From: Anaeromyxobacteraceae bacterium
GTDB taxonomy: Bacteria > Myxococcota > Myxococcia > Myxococcales > Anaeromyxobacteraceae
Reading direction: 5' to 3'
Assembly: GCA_047602405.1 (NCBI GenBank)
Contig: JASGHJ010000001.1
Span: 1,248,001-1,312,000, forward strand
DNA: 64,000 nucleotides
Shown: positions 51,196 through 61,476 of the stretch, in pieces
Position numbering within the stretch: the stretch's first letter is position 1
How the letters are laid out: every line of letters begins with the position of its first letter
Notes under the pieces: model-generated
What the model was told of the DNA's origin: nothing
Seen by the model: only the letters and a program-made list of their open reading frames with translations
The model's database searches: none
Translations under genes and position numbers: made by a program

Positions 51196-52386
51196 ATGTC
51201 CCCCGCCCTCGTCTCCCTCCTCGTCGTCGTCTTCATCGACATGCTCGGCTTCGGGATGGTCATCCCGGTGATGGCCCTCTACGCCGAGCGGCTGGGCGCT
51301 TCCAGCGGCCAGACCGGCTGGCTCATGGCCAGCTACTCGGTGATGCAGTTCGTGTTCACGCCGATCTGGGGGCGCCTCTCCGACCGGATCGGCCGCCGCC
51401 CGCTCCTCCTCGCCTCCATCGCGATGACCTCGGTCGCGTTCTTCGCGTACGCGCTCGCGCCGACCTTCGGCTGGCTGCTCGCCTCGCGCCTCTTCGCGGG
51501 CGCGGCGACGGCGAACCTCGGCATCGCGCAGGCCTACGTCGCCGACGTGACGAGGCCGGAGGACCGCGCGAAGGGCATGGGGCTCATCGGCGCCGCGTTC
51601 GGCATGGGCTTCGTGCTGGGGCCCGCGATGGGCGGGATCCTCTCCGGCCGCTACGGGCTCTCCACGCCGGGCTTCGTCGCGGGCGCGCTCGCCGCGGCGA
51701 ACGGCGTCCTCGCCTGGTTCGTGCTGAAGGAGCCGGCGAACCGGGTGATCGCGCAGCGCAAGGGGCGCCTCACCGCGCTCTTCGAGGAGCTCGGCAAGCC
51801 CGGCATCCGCCGCGTCATCATCATGTACTTCCTGGTCGTGTTCGCGTTCGCCGGGATGGAGTCGACCTTCGCGCTCCTCTCCGAGCACCGCTACGGCCTG
51901 CGCGCCGACACGGTCGGCTACGTGTTCGGCTACATCGGCGTCATCATCGCCATCGTGCAGGGCGCCCTCATCGGCCCGCTCACCCGCGCGTTCGGCGAGC
52001 GCACGCTGCTCGTCGCCGGCCTCCTCCTGCAGGCCGTCGCGTTCGTGATGCTGCCCTTCATGCCCGGCATCCCCGGGCTGCTCCTCGCGTGCACGCCGCT
52101 CGCGGCCGGGAGCGGGCTCTCGACGCCTGCGCTCTCGTCGATCCTGTCGCGCTGCGCGCGCCGCGAGGACCAGGGCGGCACGCTCGGCATCGGCCAGTCG
52201 GCCGCCGCGCTCGGCCGCGTGTTCGGCCCGGTGACGGCGACGCACGTGTTCGAGGTCGTCATCGCGGGTCCCTACCTCGTGGGGGCCGCGATCATGCTCG
52301 CGATGGCGGCGCTCGGGGCGACCCTGAGGGTGCCCGGCACCCGCGCCGGCGACGCGAACGGCCTCGCCGAGGAGCACCTGGGGTAG
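51196..52386 (+). CDS. MFS transporter (TetA/DHA1-like)
   Basis: DMLGFGMVIP, WGRLSDRIGRRP, AYVADVT, GFVLGPAMGG. Confidence 0.92.
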   Translation: MSPALVSLLVVVFIDMLGFGMVIPVMALYAERLGASSGQTGWLMASYSVMQFVFTPIWGRLSDRIGRRPLLLASIAMTSVAFFAYALAPTFGWLLASRLFAGAATANLGIAQAYVADVTRPEDRAKGMGLIGAAFGMGFVLGPAMGGILSGRYGLSTPGFVAGALAAANGVLAWFVLKEPANRVIAQRKGRLTALFEELGKPGIRRVIIMYFLVVFAFAGMESTFALLSEHRYGLRADTVGYVFGYIGVIIAIVQGALIGPLTRAFGERTLLVAGLLLQAVAFVMLPFMPGIPGLLLACTPLAAGSGLSTPALSSILSRCARREDQGGTLGIGQSAAALGRVFGPVTATHVFEVVIAGPYLVGAAIMLAMAALGATLRVPGTRAGDANGLAEEHLG

Positions 52387-52397
52387 GCTCTCGCCAT

Positions 52398-54088
52398 GGT
52401 GCGTCGTGGAAGCTGCACCGATCCAGCCGGTGAGAGTCCGGTCCGGGTAATCGCCGGAGAGCCCGGAAGCAGGCACCAGCTTGTCCGGGAGACCGGGCAT
52501 GCCGAGCGGTGCGTCGAAAGCCTCACGTACGGAGGAAGCGAAGCGGCGGGCCGCAACAAGGTGAACGCTTCAGCCTCGACAGATCCTCAGCCGAAAGGTG
52601 TTCGGGAGCGCCGAGCCGGTCATGCCACGGCGAAGGCGATGCACAGCGTCCTTGGTCCGGAACGGACGCTGGGGCTCCCCGGGGTAGGGGCGGCGGCACG
52701 TCGCGAAGGATCGGTGTGGAACACGAGAGACCCTCGCCGGCAGCCCGCGTCGGGCAGAGACCGAGCGCATAAGACGGGAGTCGAAAGCGCGAGGAGCCGG
52801 AAGGGAGTCCGAGGGGCCCGTAGTACCGGTGAGGCGCGGGATAACCGCGCGGAGGGAAGGGGCCCTGCTTTGGTCGCGTCGGCACTGGGGGTAAGCGCGA
52901 GGGCATGGCCGTGAGGCCCAACACCCCCATCGACAAAGTGCGAGAACTCCAGCGCCGGCTTTACGTGGCCGCCAAGCGGAGCAGCACGCGGCGCTTTCAC
53001 GCATTGTACGACCGGATCTGCAGGGGTGACGTCCTGCGGGAAGCGTGGAAGCGGGTGCGCAGCAACGGAGGCGCGGCAGGGGTGGACGGCGAGTCCATCC
53101 GGGCCATCGAGGAGAGCGGAGTCGAGGCGTTCCTCGAAGGGATCCAGGCCGATCTCCTGGCAGGCGAATACCGCCCCCTCCCGGTGAGGCGGCGGTACAT
53201 CCCGAAGGCAGACGGAAAGCAGCGGCCGCTCGGGATCCCGACGGTGCGGGATCGCGTGGCGCAGATGGCTGCGAAGTTGGTGCTCGAGCCGATCTTCGAG
53301 GCCGACTTCCTGTCGTCGAGCTACGGGTTCCGGCCGAAGCGGAGCGCGACGCAGGCGCTGGAGGCCATCCGCGAGGCTGGCAACCAGGGTCACAACTTCG
53401 TGCTCGACGCCGACATCAAGGCGTACTTCGACAGCATCGACCAGCAGAAGCTGATGGCGACGGAGTCGAAGGTGAACGAGGCGAGGCGGCGCGTCGAGCT
53501 CATCATGGCGCGCCTCGGCCTGACGCTGCACCCGGAGAAGACGCGGATCGTCGATCTGAGGCGAGGAAAGGAAGGCTTCACCTTCCTCGGGTGCGTGAAC
53601 CGGAAGCGGCGCAGCATCCAGCGGCGCCCCGACCGGCACTACATGCACCGCTGGCCCTCACCGAAGGCGATGACCCGCGTCCGCGAGCGCGTCCACGAGC
53701 TGACGGACGTGCGCAGGAGCGGGGCGAAGGACGTGAAGGAGGTCATCGCGTCCGTGAACCCCGTCATCCGGGGCTGGGCCAACTACTTCCGGACCGGAAC
53801 AGCGGATCGGGAGTTCAACCGCGTCGACTGGTACGTGCACGAACGGATCACGCGCTGGCTCCATCGGCGCGGTGGTCAGCGGACTCGCTATCAGTACGAG
53901 GCTTGGCCCTTCGAACGTCTCTTCGAGCTTGGCCTGCACCGCTGCATGGGCCGCGTCCGCTACCCCGCGCAAGCTGCCGCGCGAAGACCATCGTTAAGCC
54001 GTGTGCGGGAAACCCGCACGCACGGTTTGAAAGGAGGCCCTGGAACCAGGCTGGCCTAACGGCCGGTACTGCGCCAGGATCGACCAAT
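52398..54088 (+). mobile_element. Group II intron inserted in the galT start codon
   Basis: 5' (G)GTGCG at 52398/52399; domain V AAGCCGTGTGCGGGAAACCCGCACGCACGGTTT (~53996-54029); domain VI ending ..GACCAAT; RT/maturase ORF inside. Confidence 0.9.
52905..54059 (+). CDS. ltrA: Group II intron RT/maturase with an in-frame deletion of the RT catalytic core
   Basis: [35 protein letters not shown] followed directly by [33 protein letters not shown] and YADD absent; no endonuclease domain. Confidence 0.85.
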   Translation: MAVRPNTPIDKVRELQRRLYVAAKRSSTRRFHALYDRICRGDVLREAWKRVRSNGGAAGVDGESIRAIEESGVEAFLEGIQADLLAGEYRPLPVRRRYIPKADGKQRPLGIPTVRDRVAQMAAKLVLEPIFEADFLSSSYGFRPKRSATQALEAIREAGNQGHNFVLDADIKAYFDSIDQQKLMATESKVNEARRRVELIMARLGLTLHPEKTRIVDLRRGKEGFTFLGCVNRKRRSIQRRPDRHYMHRWPSPKAMTRVRERVHELTDVRRSGAKDVKEVIASVNPVIRGWANYFRTGTADREFNRVDWYVHERITRWLHRRGGQRTRYQYEAWPFERLFELGLHRCMGRVRYPAQAAARRPSLSRVRETRTHGLKGGPGTRLA

Positions 54089-55088
54089 GCCGGAGCTGAG
54101 GCGGGATCCGATCGTCGGACGCTGGGTGATCATCGCGACGGAGCGGGCGCGCCGTCCGATGGATCCGCCCGCGCCGCCCCCGCCGCCGCCCGGCGGGCGC
54201 CTCTGCCCGTTCTGCCCCGGCCACGAGGACAAGACGCCTCCCGAGGTGCTCGCGCTCGGACGCCCCGCCCACGCGCCCGACCAGCCCGGCTGGAAGGTGC
54301 GGGTCGTCCCGAACCGCTTCCCCGCGCTCAAGATCGAGGGCGACCTCGACCGCGGCGCCGACGGCATCTACGACCGGATGAACGGCATCGGCGCCCACGA
54401 GGTCATCGTCGAGACGCCCGACCACGCCCGGCAGCTGAAGGACCTCACCGACGCCGAGCTCGCCGACCTGCTCGCCGCGTTCCGGGCCCGCAGCCTCGAT
54501 CTCCGCAACGACCCGCGCTTCCGCTACGTGCTCCTCTTCAAGAACCACGGCCGGGCGGCCGGGGCCTCGCTCGAGCACACGCACTCCCAGCTCATCGCGC
54601 TGCCGGTGGTGCCCCGGCAGGTCTCGGAGGAGATCGAGGGCGCCCGGCGCCACTTCGACCACAAGGAGCGCTGCATCTTCTGCGACATCGTGGCCCAGGA
54701 GCGGAAGGAGCGCGCGCGCCTGGTGTACGAGAACGAGGACTTCGTGGTGGTCGCGCCCTACGCGCCGCGCAGCCCCTTCGAGACCTGGATCCTGCCGCGC
54801 CGGCACGAGTCGAGCTTCGACGCCGAGCCGCGCGAGCGCCTCGCCGGCTGCGCGCAGGCGCTCGGCACGACGCTCCGCCGTCTCGCCGCCGCGCTCGGCG
54901 ACCCCGACTACAACTTCATGCTGCACTCGAACCCGCTGCGCGACGCGCCCTCGCCGAGCTACCACTGGCACATCGAGGTCATGCCGGCGCTCACGCAGGT
55001 CGCCGGCTTCGAGTGGGGCTCGGGGTTCCACATCAACCCGGTGCCGCCCGAGGAGGCGGCCGAGTTCCTCCGGAAGCTGCCCGGCTAG
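54087..55088 (+). CDS. galT: Galactose-1-phosphate uridylyltransferase
   Basis: MPELRRDP, CPFCPG, VPNRFPAL, GASLEHTHSQ, YHWHIE. Confidence 0.93.
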   Translation: MPELRRDPIVGRWVIIATERARRPMDPPAPPPPPPGGRLCPFCPGHEDKTPPEVLALGRPAHAPDQPGWKVRVVPNRFPALKIEGDLDRGADGIYDRMNGIGAHEVIVETPDHARQLKDLTDAELADLLAAFRARSLDLRNDPRFRYVLLFKNHGRAAGASLEHTHSQLIALPVVPRQVSEEIEGARRHFDHKERCIFCDIVAQERKERARLVYENEDFVVVAPYAPRSPFETWILPRRHESSFDAEPRERLAGCAQALGTTLRRLAAALGDPDYNFMLHSNPLRDAPSPSYHWHIEVMPALTQVAGFEWGSGFHINPVPPEEAAEFLRKLPG

Positions 55089-55122
55089 CAGGCCAGCCCG
55101 GCAGGGTCTACGCTCCCGATCG

Positions 55123-56551
55123 ATGGAGATCCTCTTCGTCGCCTCCGAGGTCGCGCCCTGGTCCAAGACCGGAGGGCTCGGGGACGTCGCGGGCGCGCTG
55201 CCCGAGGCGCTCGCCGCCCGCGGCCACTCGGTCGCGATCGTGACGCCGCGGTACGGCTCCATCGACCCCGCGAAGCACGGGCTCGAGCCCATGCACGGCG
55301 CCGTCCGGGTGCGCGGCGAGGCGACCTCGCTCTGGGTGAAGAAGGGCCGGGCGCCCGTCTACTTCGTCGAGCACGAGCTCTTCTTCGGGTCCCGGCGCGG
55401 CCTCTACGCCGAGGGCCAGCACGACTACGGCGACAACGCCCAGCGCTTCGGGTACCTCGCCCGGGCCGCGCTCGCGCTCCCGGGCGCCCTCGGCCTGCGG
55501 CCGAGGATCGTGCACGTGAACGACTGGCAGACGGGGCTCGTGCCGTTCCTGCTCGGCCACGAGCACGGGCAGGACCCGAACCTGGCCGGCGCGCGCACGG
55601 TCTTCACGATCGACAACCTCGCCTACCAGGGCGTCTTCCCGAAGGACGCCGTGCCGGCGCTCGGCATCCCGTGGAGCGCGTTCCACTGGGAGCAGCTCGA
55701 GTTCCACGACCAGCTCTCCTTCATGAAGGCGGGCCTCGTCTTCGCGGACGCGCTCACCACCGTCTCGCCCACGTACGCGCGCGAGATTCCTCACCGTGGA
55801 CGCCGGGCACGGCCTCGACGCGCTCCTGCGCGCCCGCGCGGGCGACCTCTCCGGCATCCTGAACGGCATCTCGACCGACGAGTGGGATCCCGCCCGCGAT
55901 CGGCACCTCGCGGCGCCGTTCACGGCCGCGGACCTCTCCGGCAAGGCCGCCAACAAGGCCGCGCTGCAGCGGGAGCTCGGCCTCGCCGCGCGCCCCGACG
56001 TGCCGCTCCTCGCGATCGTCTCGCGCCTCGCCGACCAGAAGGGCATCGACCTCGTCATGGCCGCGCTGCCCGAGCTCATGGCGCACGACGCCCAGCTCGC
56101 GGTGCTCGGCAGCGGGCGGAAGGACTGGGAGGAGGCGCTCCGCGAGGCCGCCGCCACGCACCCCGGCCAGGTCGGCGTGCGCATCGGCTTCGACGAGGGG
56201 CTCGCCCACCGCATCGAGGCCGGGGCCGACGCGTTCCTGATGCCGAGCCGGTTCGAGCCTTGCGGGCTCAACCAGATGTACTCGCTGCGCTACGGCACCG
56301 TGCCGATCGTCCGGGCGGTGGGCGGGCTCGACGACACCGTCGAGGACTTCGACGGGCACGCGAGCGGCACCGGCTTCAAGTTCCGCGACTACGCGCCCGC
56401 CGCGATGATGACCGCCGTGCGCCGCGCGCTCGAGACCTACCGCGACCGCAAGGCCTGGCGCGGCCTCGTCGTGCGCGGCATGGCCGAGGACAACAGCTGG
56501 GGCCACAGCGCCGCGGGCTACGAGGCGCTGTACCGGAGGCTCGCGGGGTAG
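55123..56551 (+). CDS. glgA: Glycogen synthase; apparent +1 frameshift at ~55787
   Basis: SKTGGLGDV, HVNDWQT, VSPTYAREI|LT, ILNGI, SRLADQKG, PSRFEPCGL. Confidence 0.92.
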
Positions 56552-56566
56552 GGATAAGGTCTCCCC

Positions 56567-56836
56567 ATGCCGGTCACGCTCCCGCCAGAGGCGAAGCAGC
56601 AGGCCCTCGCCTCCATCAAGCGCTTCCTCCTCGAGGAGCTCGACCTCGACGCCGGCGACCTCAAGGCCGGCACGGTGCTCGAGTACTTCCTGAAGGAGCT
56701 CGCCCCGGTCGCGTACAACCGCGGCGTCGCCGACGCGCAGCAGTTCTTCGCCGACCGGGCGCTCGACCTCGAGGGTGCCTGCCACGAGGCCGAGTTCGGC
56801 TGGTTCGCGCCCGCGCCGGGCAAGCGCGGGCGCTGA
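56567..56836 (+). CDS. DUF2164-like protein
   Basis: SIKRFL.EEL..YFLKELAP.AYNRGV.DA. Confidence 0.75.
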   Translation: MPVTLPPEAKQQALASIKRFLLEELDLDAGDLKAGTVLEYFLKELAPVAYNRGVADAQQFFADRALDLEGACHEAEFGWFAPAPGKRGR

Positions 56837-56877
56837 GCCCTCCTGCCGGACCGCGACGCGCTCCCCAGGTTCCGGGC

Positions 56878-57138
56878 ATGCGCGACCCAGACCTCTACGA
56901 GCCGAGCGACATGCCGGACGGCCCCGAGCCGACGGCCCAGCCCACCGAGCGCCCGATGGGCGACCTCATGGACGAGGACGTGGTGCCCCGCGAGAACGTC
57001 GGCGGCGCGGCGCCGACGCCGCGGGGTGGGGACTCCGGCGGCGACCTGCCGGGCGCCGAGGACGATTCCGCGTCGCTCGCGGAGGAGGAGCCGCCGAGGC
57101 CGCCGGAGCTCGACGCGGTGCACGTGAAGGACGGGTAA
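56878..57138 (+). CDS. Small acidic hypothetical protein
   Basis: ATG 56878, D/E/P-rich, typical codon usage. Confidence 0.5.
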   Translation: MRDPDLYEPSDMPDGPEPTAQPTERPMGDLMDEDVVPRENVGGAAPTPRGGDSGGDLPGAEDDSASLAEEEPPRPPELDAVHVKDG

Positions 57139-58299
57139 CTACTCGAGCCCGATCTCGCGGAGCTCGTCGTCGTCGAGGCCGTGCAGGTGGCCGAGCTCGT
57201 GCTCGAGCGTGATGCGGATCTGCTCGAGGAGCTCCTTCCGGTCGCGGGCGATCCGGATCAGGTTCTTCCGGTAGAAGACGATGGTCCGGCAGACCGGGCC
57301 GTCGGCCGCGGTGCAGGGCTCGGCCTCCGGCGGGCCGCGGAACAGCCCCAGGATGCTGGGCGAGAGCGGCGGCTGGACCGCGCGCAGATCCTCGGCGTCG
57401 GGCAGGTCCTGCACCTCGACCGGCACGCCCCTGAGCGCGCGCTTCTCGTCGTCGGGGAGCCGCGCCACCGCCGCCTGGACCTCGGCCCTGAAGTCGGCGG
57501 CGCTCATCCGGAGCTCCGGCTCGAAGTCGCGCGGCGCGAGCGTGCGGGCGCGGGCGAGGAGCTGGGACGCGCGGCGCTCCTCGCCCCGGCGCTCGGCGAG
57601 GAGGCCCAGCTGGTGGAGCGCCCACGGGTCGTCGGGCGAGAGGTGCAGGGTCCGCTCGAACGCGCGCTGCGCGTCGTCGAAGCGGCAGAGCTCGAAGAGC
57701 GCGACGCCCTTCTCGTACACCGCGTCGGCGTCGTCCGGGAGCGCGGCCACGGCGCGCTCGAGGAGCGGCAGCGCGAGGTGGCTGCGGCCGAGGTCGTTCT
57801 CGGCCATGCCCGCGACGAGCGCGTTCAGGCCGGCGGCGTCGCGGTCCTTGCGGGCGGCGGCGGCGCGCATGCCGCGCAGGGCGAGCTCGAGGCCGGTCTC
57901 GAGGTTCTCGCGCGCGGGGCCGAGGCGGCGGACGTAGAGGTCGGCGGCGCCTTGCAGCGCGCGCGGGTCGTCGGCGTCGATGGCGAGCGCGCGGGCGTAG
58001 GCGGTCTTGGCGTCGTCGAGCCGGTCGAGGGCGGCGAGCGCCGCCGCGCGGGCGGTCAGGGCCGGGACGCTGCGGGGATCGGCCGCGAGGGCCGCGTCAG
58101 CGCACGCGAGGGCGCGGGCGTGCGCGCCGGCGTCGAGCTGGTCGAGGGCCTCGTCGGTCAGCGCGGAGGCCGAGGTGCCGTGGCCGCCCGGGCAGGTGGC
58201 GGGCGCGCGGGCGGCCCGCGGGGGACGGGCGGCCGCCCGGCCCACGCAGAGGCAGGCCGCCAGGGCGAGCCCGGTCGCGACGCGAGACGGCAAGGACAT
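57139..58299 (-). CDS. TPR-repeat plus Zincin_1-type metallopeptidase
   Basis: TPR helices; ILGLFRG, IVFYRKNL, HELGH. Confidence 0.85.
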   Translation of the reverse strand: MSLPSRVATGLALAACLCVGRAAARPPRAARAPATCPGGHGTSASALTDEALDQLDAGAHARALACADAALAADPRSVPALTARAAALAALDRLDDAKTAYARALAIDADDPRALQGAADLYVRRLGPARENLETGLELALRGMRAAAARKDRDAAGLNALVAGMAENDLGRSHLALPLLERAVAALPDDADAVYEKGVALFELCRFDDAQRAFERTLHLSPDDPWALHQLGLLAERRGEERRASQLLARARTLAPRDFEPELRMSAADFRAEVQAAVARLPDDEKRALRGVPVEVQDLPDAEDLRAVQPPLSPSILGLFRGPPEAEPCTAADGPVCRTIVFYRKNLIRIARDRKELLEQIRITLEHELGHLHGLDDDELREIGLE

Positions 58300-58345
58300 G
58301 AAGCCGTGAGCTTGCCACAGCACCGGCCCGCCAGCCAGACGCAGG

Positions 58346-58375
58346 GGTGCCGGACACGCGAGGGTGCCGGACACG
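58346..58375. repeat. Tandem copies of GGTGCCGGACAC(G) in a divergent intergenic region
   Basis: Exact copies at 58346-58357 and 58363-58374. Confidence 0.75.
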
Positions 58376-58442
58376 CCCGGATTCGCCGGCACGCCCCACC
58401 CGGGAACGCGGGATTTCCGTGGCCCCGGGCGAGCATCCGCGG

Positions 58443-59567
58443 ATGCGCCCGACGATCGCGACCTGCCTCGGCCTCCTACTCGCCACTGCCTGCTCCGCGC
58501 CGCGCGCCCTCGAGGGGCAGTCCGCCCGCCCGGCGCCTCGGCCCCCGGCCGCCGCGGCGGCAGCCGCCGAGTCGAAGCCGGTGAAGCCGCCGGGCTCCGA
58601 CCTCACGCTGCCCGGCGAGAGGCACCTCCGGAACGTCCGCCAGCTCACCTTCGGCGGCGAGAACGCCGAGGCGTACTGGAGCTTCGACGGCCAGCAACTC
58701 ATCTTCCAGGCCACCCCGCGCGGCGCGGGGTGCGATCAGCAGTTCGTGATGAACGCCGACGGCGGCGGGACGGTGCGCGTCTCGAACGGCCAGGGCCGCA
58801 CCACCTGCGGCTACTTCTTCCCCGCCGGCGACCGCATCCTCTGGGCCTCGACGCACGCCTCCGGCCCCGCGTGCCCGGCGAAGCCGGACATGTCGCTCGG
58901 CTACGTCTGGAAGCTCGACGACTTCGAGCTCTACACGGCGAGGCCCGACGGCTCCGACGCGAAGGTGCTCTCGCCGGCGCCGGGCTTCTACACCGCCGAG
59001 GCGACCGTCTCGAAGGACGGCTGGATCGTCTTCACCTCCACGCGCGACGGCGACCTCGAGCTCTACAAGATGCGGCTCGACGGCTCCGGCCTCGTGCGCC
59101 TCACGCACGAGAAGGGCTACGACGGCGGCGCCTTCTTCTCGCCCGACGGCAAGCAGATCGTCTACCGACGCAGCCGCCCGAAGGACGCGGCGGCGCTCGC
59201 CGACTACGAGGCGCTCCTCGCGAAGAAGCTCGTCCGCCCGACGAAGCTCGAGATCATGGTGATGGACGCCGACGGCACGAACGTCCGCCAGGTCACGCAC
59301 CTCGAGGCCGGCAGCTTCGCGCCGTACTTCCACCCGGACGGCAAGCGGATCATCTTCTCGTCGAACCACGGCGACCCGCGGGGCCGCAACTTCGACCTCT
59401 TCCTCGTGAACGTCGACGGCACCGGCCTCGAGCGCGTGACGGCGAACGAGTCCTTCGACGGCTTTCCGATGTTCTCGCCGGACGGCAAGAAGCTCGTCTT
59501 CGCGTCGAACCGGAACGACGAGCGCACCGGCGAGACGAACCTGTTCGTCGCCGACTGGGTGGAGTGA
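58443..59567 (+). CDS. TolB-like PD40 beta-propeller lipoprotein
   Basis: Lipobox LATAC; GGENAEAYWS, FSPDGK repeats. Confidence 0.88.
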   Translation: MRPTIATCLGLLLATACSAPRALEGQSARPAPRPPAAAAAAAESKPVKPPGSDLTLPGERHLRNVRQLTFGGENAEAYWSFDGQQLIFQATPRGAGCDQQFVMNADGGGTVRVSNGQGRTTCGYFFPAGDRILWASTHASGPACPAKPDMSLGYVWKLDDFELYTARPDGSDAKVLSPAPGFYTAEATVSKDGWIVFTSTRDGDLELYKMRLDGSGLVRLTHEKGYDGGAFFSPDGKQIVYRRSRPKDAAALADYEALLAKKLVRPTKLEIMVMDADGTNVRQVTHLEAGSFAPYFHPDGKRIIFSSNHGDPRGRNFDLFLVNVDGTGLERVTANESFDGFPMFSPDGKKLVFASNRNDERTGETNLFVADWVE

Positions 59568-59595
59568 TCACGATCAAGAACCGATCATCCCGAGC

Positions 59596-61476
59596 GTGGG
59601 CCCGCAGAGCGGGCCGGAGTCGAGGGACGAATCGGCCCTTGCGCCGCGCGTGAGGGCGGTCCAACCTCGCGGCCGCGTGCGCCTCCTCCCGCTCCTCGTC
59701 ATTGCCCTGCTCATGGGCCCGTCACCCGCTCGTCCCGAGCCTCGGCCCGGGGCGGAGCCGGGGGCGGCGCCGGACCGCACCTGGGAGGCGCTCGGCTTCG
59801 TGCCGGCGGACCTCGCGCGCCGGGAGGCCGACGCGCGCCCGCCGCTCGGCGCCGGCGGCTGGAACGTGCTGCTCCGGGAGGCCCGCGCCGCCGCCGAGGC
59901 CGCCACCACGCCGGAGGAGCGCGCGGCGGTCGACGGCGCGATGTCCTCGGCGCGCGGTGACGCCGCGCACGAGCGCGCGATCGTCGAGGCGCTCCACCTC
60001 CTGTCCGACCGGCCCGGCCCCGCGGCCTGGGCGGCGGTGCGCGCCGGCGAGCGCTGGCCGATCCCCGCCGCGACCGCCAACGACGTCGGCGTCGTGCTGC
60101 ACGCGCTCGGGCTCGCCGGGCGCGCCTGGGACGCCTTCGCGCTCGCCCGCGCGTCGTCGCCTCGCTCGGCGCTCGTGGCGGAGAACCAGGGCTGGGCGGC
60201 GCTCGCGATGGGCGATCCCGGCGCGGCGCGCGCGCGGTTCGAGGAGGCCGCCCGGCTCGCGCCCGGCCGCGCCGGACCGCGCCAGGGCCTCGCGGTGGTG
60301 GCGCTCCAGGTGCGCGACGCCGACGGCGCGCGCGGGCCCTCGCGCGACGCCGGCGCGCTGTCGGCCTCGCCCGCGAGCCGGGCCCTGCTCGCGCGCGCAG
60401 GCGGCCCGCCGGTCGCCGAGGACGGCGCGCTCGGCGCGCTCGCCGAGCGCCGCCTCGGGCTCCTCGGCGAGCGCACGCCGCGGCTGCCGGCCGGCGCGGG
60501 CGCCTGGGACCTCCAGCTCGTCTCGCACGCCGTCGCGTTCGCGCGCATGGCCGACGCGCTGCGCGCCGCGCCGCCGCCGGGGGCCCCGCCCCCGCCGCGG
60601 GAGCTCGCCGCCACCCCGGCGCCCGGCCGCGCCGTGCGCGCGGAGCGCCTGCCCGAGCTGCTCGTCGCCGACCTCCGCGCCCGGCTCGCGGCCACCGCGG
60701 GCGCGGCGCTCGACGCCTTCGAGGCCACCGTGCGGGCCGAGCTCGCCGACTCGGCGCGGCGCCGGGACCGCGTCGCGGCCCGCAGCGCGGAGCTCCGCCG
60801 CGCGAGCCGCGAGGACGGCGTCGCGATCGCGGGCGCGGCGGCGGCGGCCTGCCGCGAGCGCGAGGACGAGGACCAGTCCACGCACCTCGTGCTGAAGCGC
60901 CAGTTCGAAGAGGCCGACGCGGCGCTCCGCGACGCCGCGGAGCGGGCGTGGGCGCTCGGCGCGCCGCACCTCGCCGCCATCCCGGACCCGCCGCGGCGCG
61001 CGCACGCGGAGGGCGCCCTGCGCGGGGAGCTCCTCGGCATCGAGGCCCGCCTCCGCCGGATCGTCGCCGCCTGGGCGGACCACCTCTCCGTCCCGGCGCT
61101 CGGCTGCGACCCGGGCCCCGGCGGCCCGACCGCGCTCGAGCCGCTCCCCGGGCGCTGGCCGTCGCCCGAGGTGCGCGGGTGCCAGACGGGCCGGCTCGAC
61201 CTGGGCGGGGTCGTCCTCGAGGTCGGCTGCGGCGCGCTCGCGGCGCCGGAGCTGCCCGTCGAGCTCCTCGCCGGCCCCGGCCGCGCCGACGCGGAGCGCT
61301 CGCTCGCGTGCACCCCGGGCGGAGGGGATCCGCTCGGCGCGCGGGCGGTCCTCGGGGACGCCACCGCGGTGGGGCCGTTCGTGGTGGACGCGGACCTGTC
61401 GGTCCCCGGCCTCCTCGCGCCGTGGCCCGTCCGCGCGGGCTGCGCGCTGCGGGCCGGGCCCAGGCTCGCGCGTTAG
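59596..61476 (+). CDS. Hypothetical secreted TPR-like protein (start uncertain)
   Basis: Long ORF with a signal-like segment and TPR-like NDVGVVLHALG / ENQGWAALAMG. Confidence 0.45.
   Translation: MGPQSGPESRDESALAPRVRAVQPRGRVRLLPLLVIALLMGPSPARPEPRPGAEPGAAPDRTWEALGFVPADLARREADARPPLGAGGWNVLLREARAAAEAATTPEERAAVDGAMSSARGDAAHERAIVEALHLLSDRPGPAAWAAVRAGERWPIPAATANDVGVVLHALGLAGRAWDAFALARASSPRSALVAENQGWAALAMGDPGAARARFEEAARLAPGRAGPRQGLAVVALQVRDADGARGPSRDAGALSASPASRALLARAGGPPVAEDGALGALAERRLGLLGERTPRLPAGAGAWDLQLVSHAVAFARMADALRAAPPPGAPPPPRELAATPAPGRAVRAERLPELLVADLRARLAATAGAALDAFEATVRAELADSARRRDRVAARSAELRRASREDGVAIAGAAAAACREREDEDQSTHLVLKRQFEEADAALRDAAERAWALGAPHLAAIPDPPRRAHAEGALRGELLGIEARLRRIVAAWADHLSVPALGCDPGPGGPTALEPLPGRWPSPEVRGCQTGRLDLGGVVLEVGCGALAAPELPVELLAGPGRADAERSLACTPGGGDPLGARAVLGDATAVGPFVVDADLSVPGLLAPWPVRAGCALRAGPRLAR

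Noticed and set aside
52396..52914. 172-aa ORF starting at the ATG before the intron
   Set aside because: It is the galT start codon running into intron RNA domains I-III; no protein-like features.
55123..57138. 671-aa glgA-like ORF with a novel C-terminus
   Set aside because: Frameshift read-through. The real GlgA C-terminal half is in the 55796-56551 frame.
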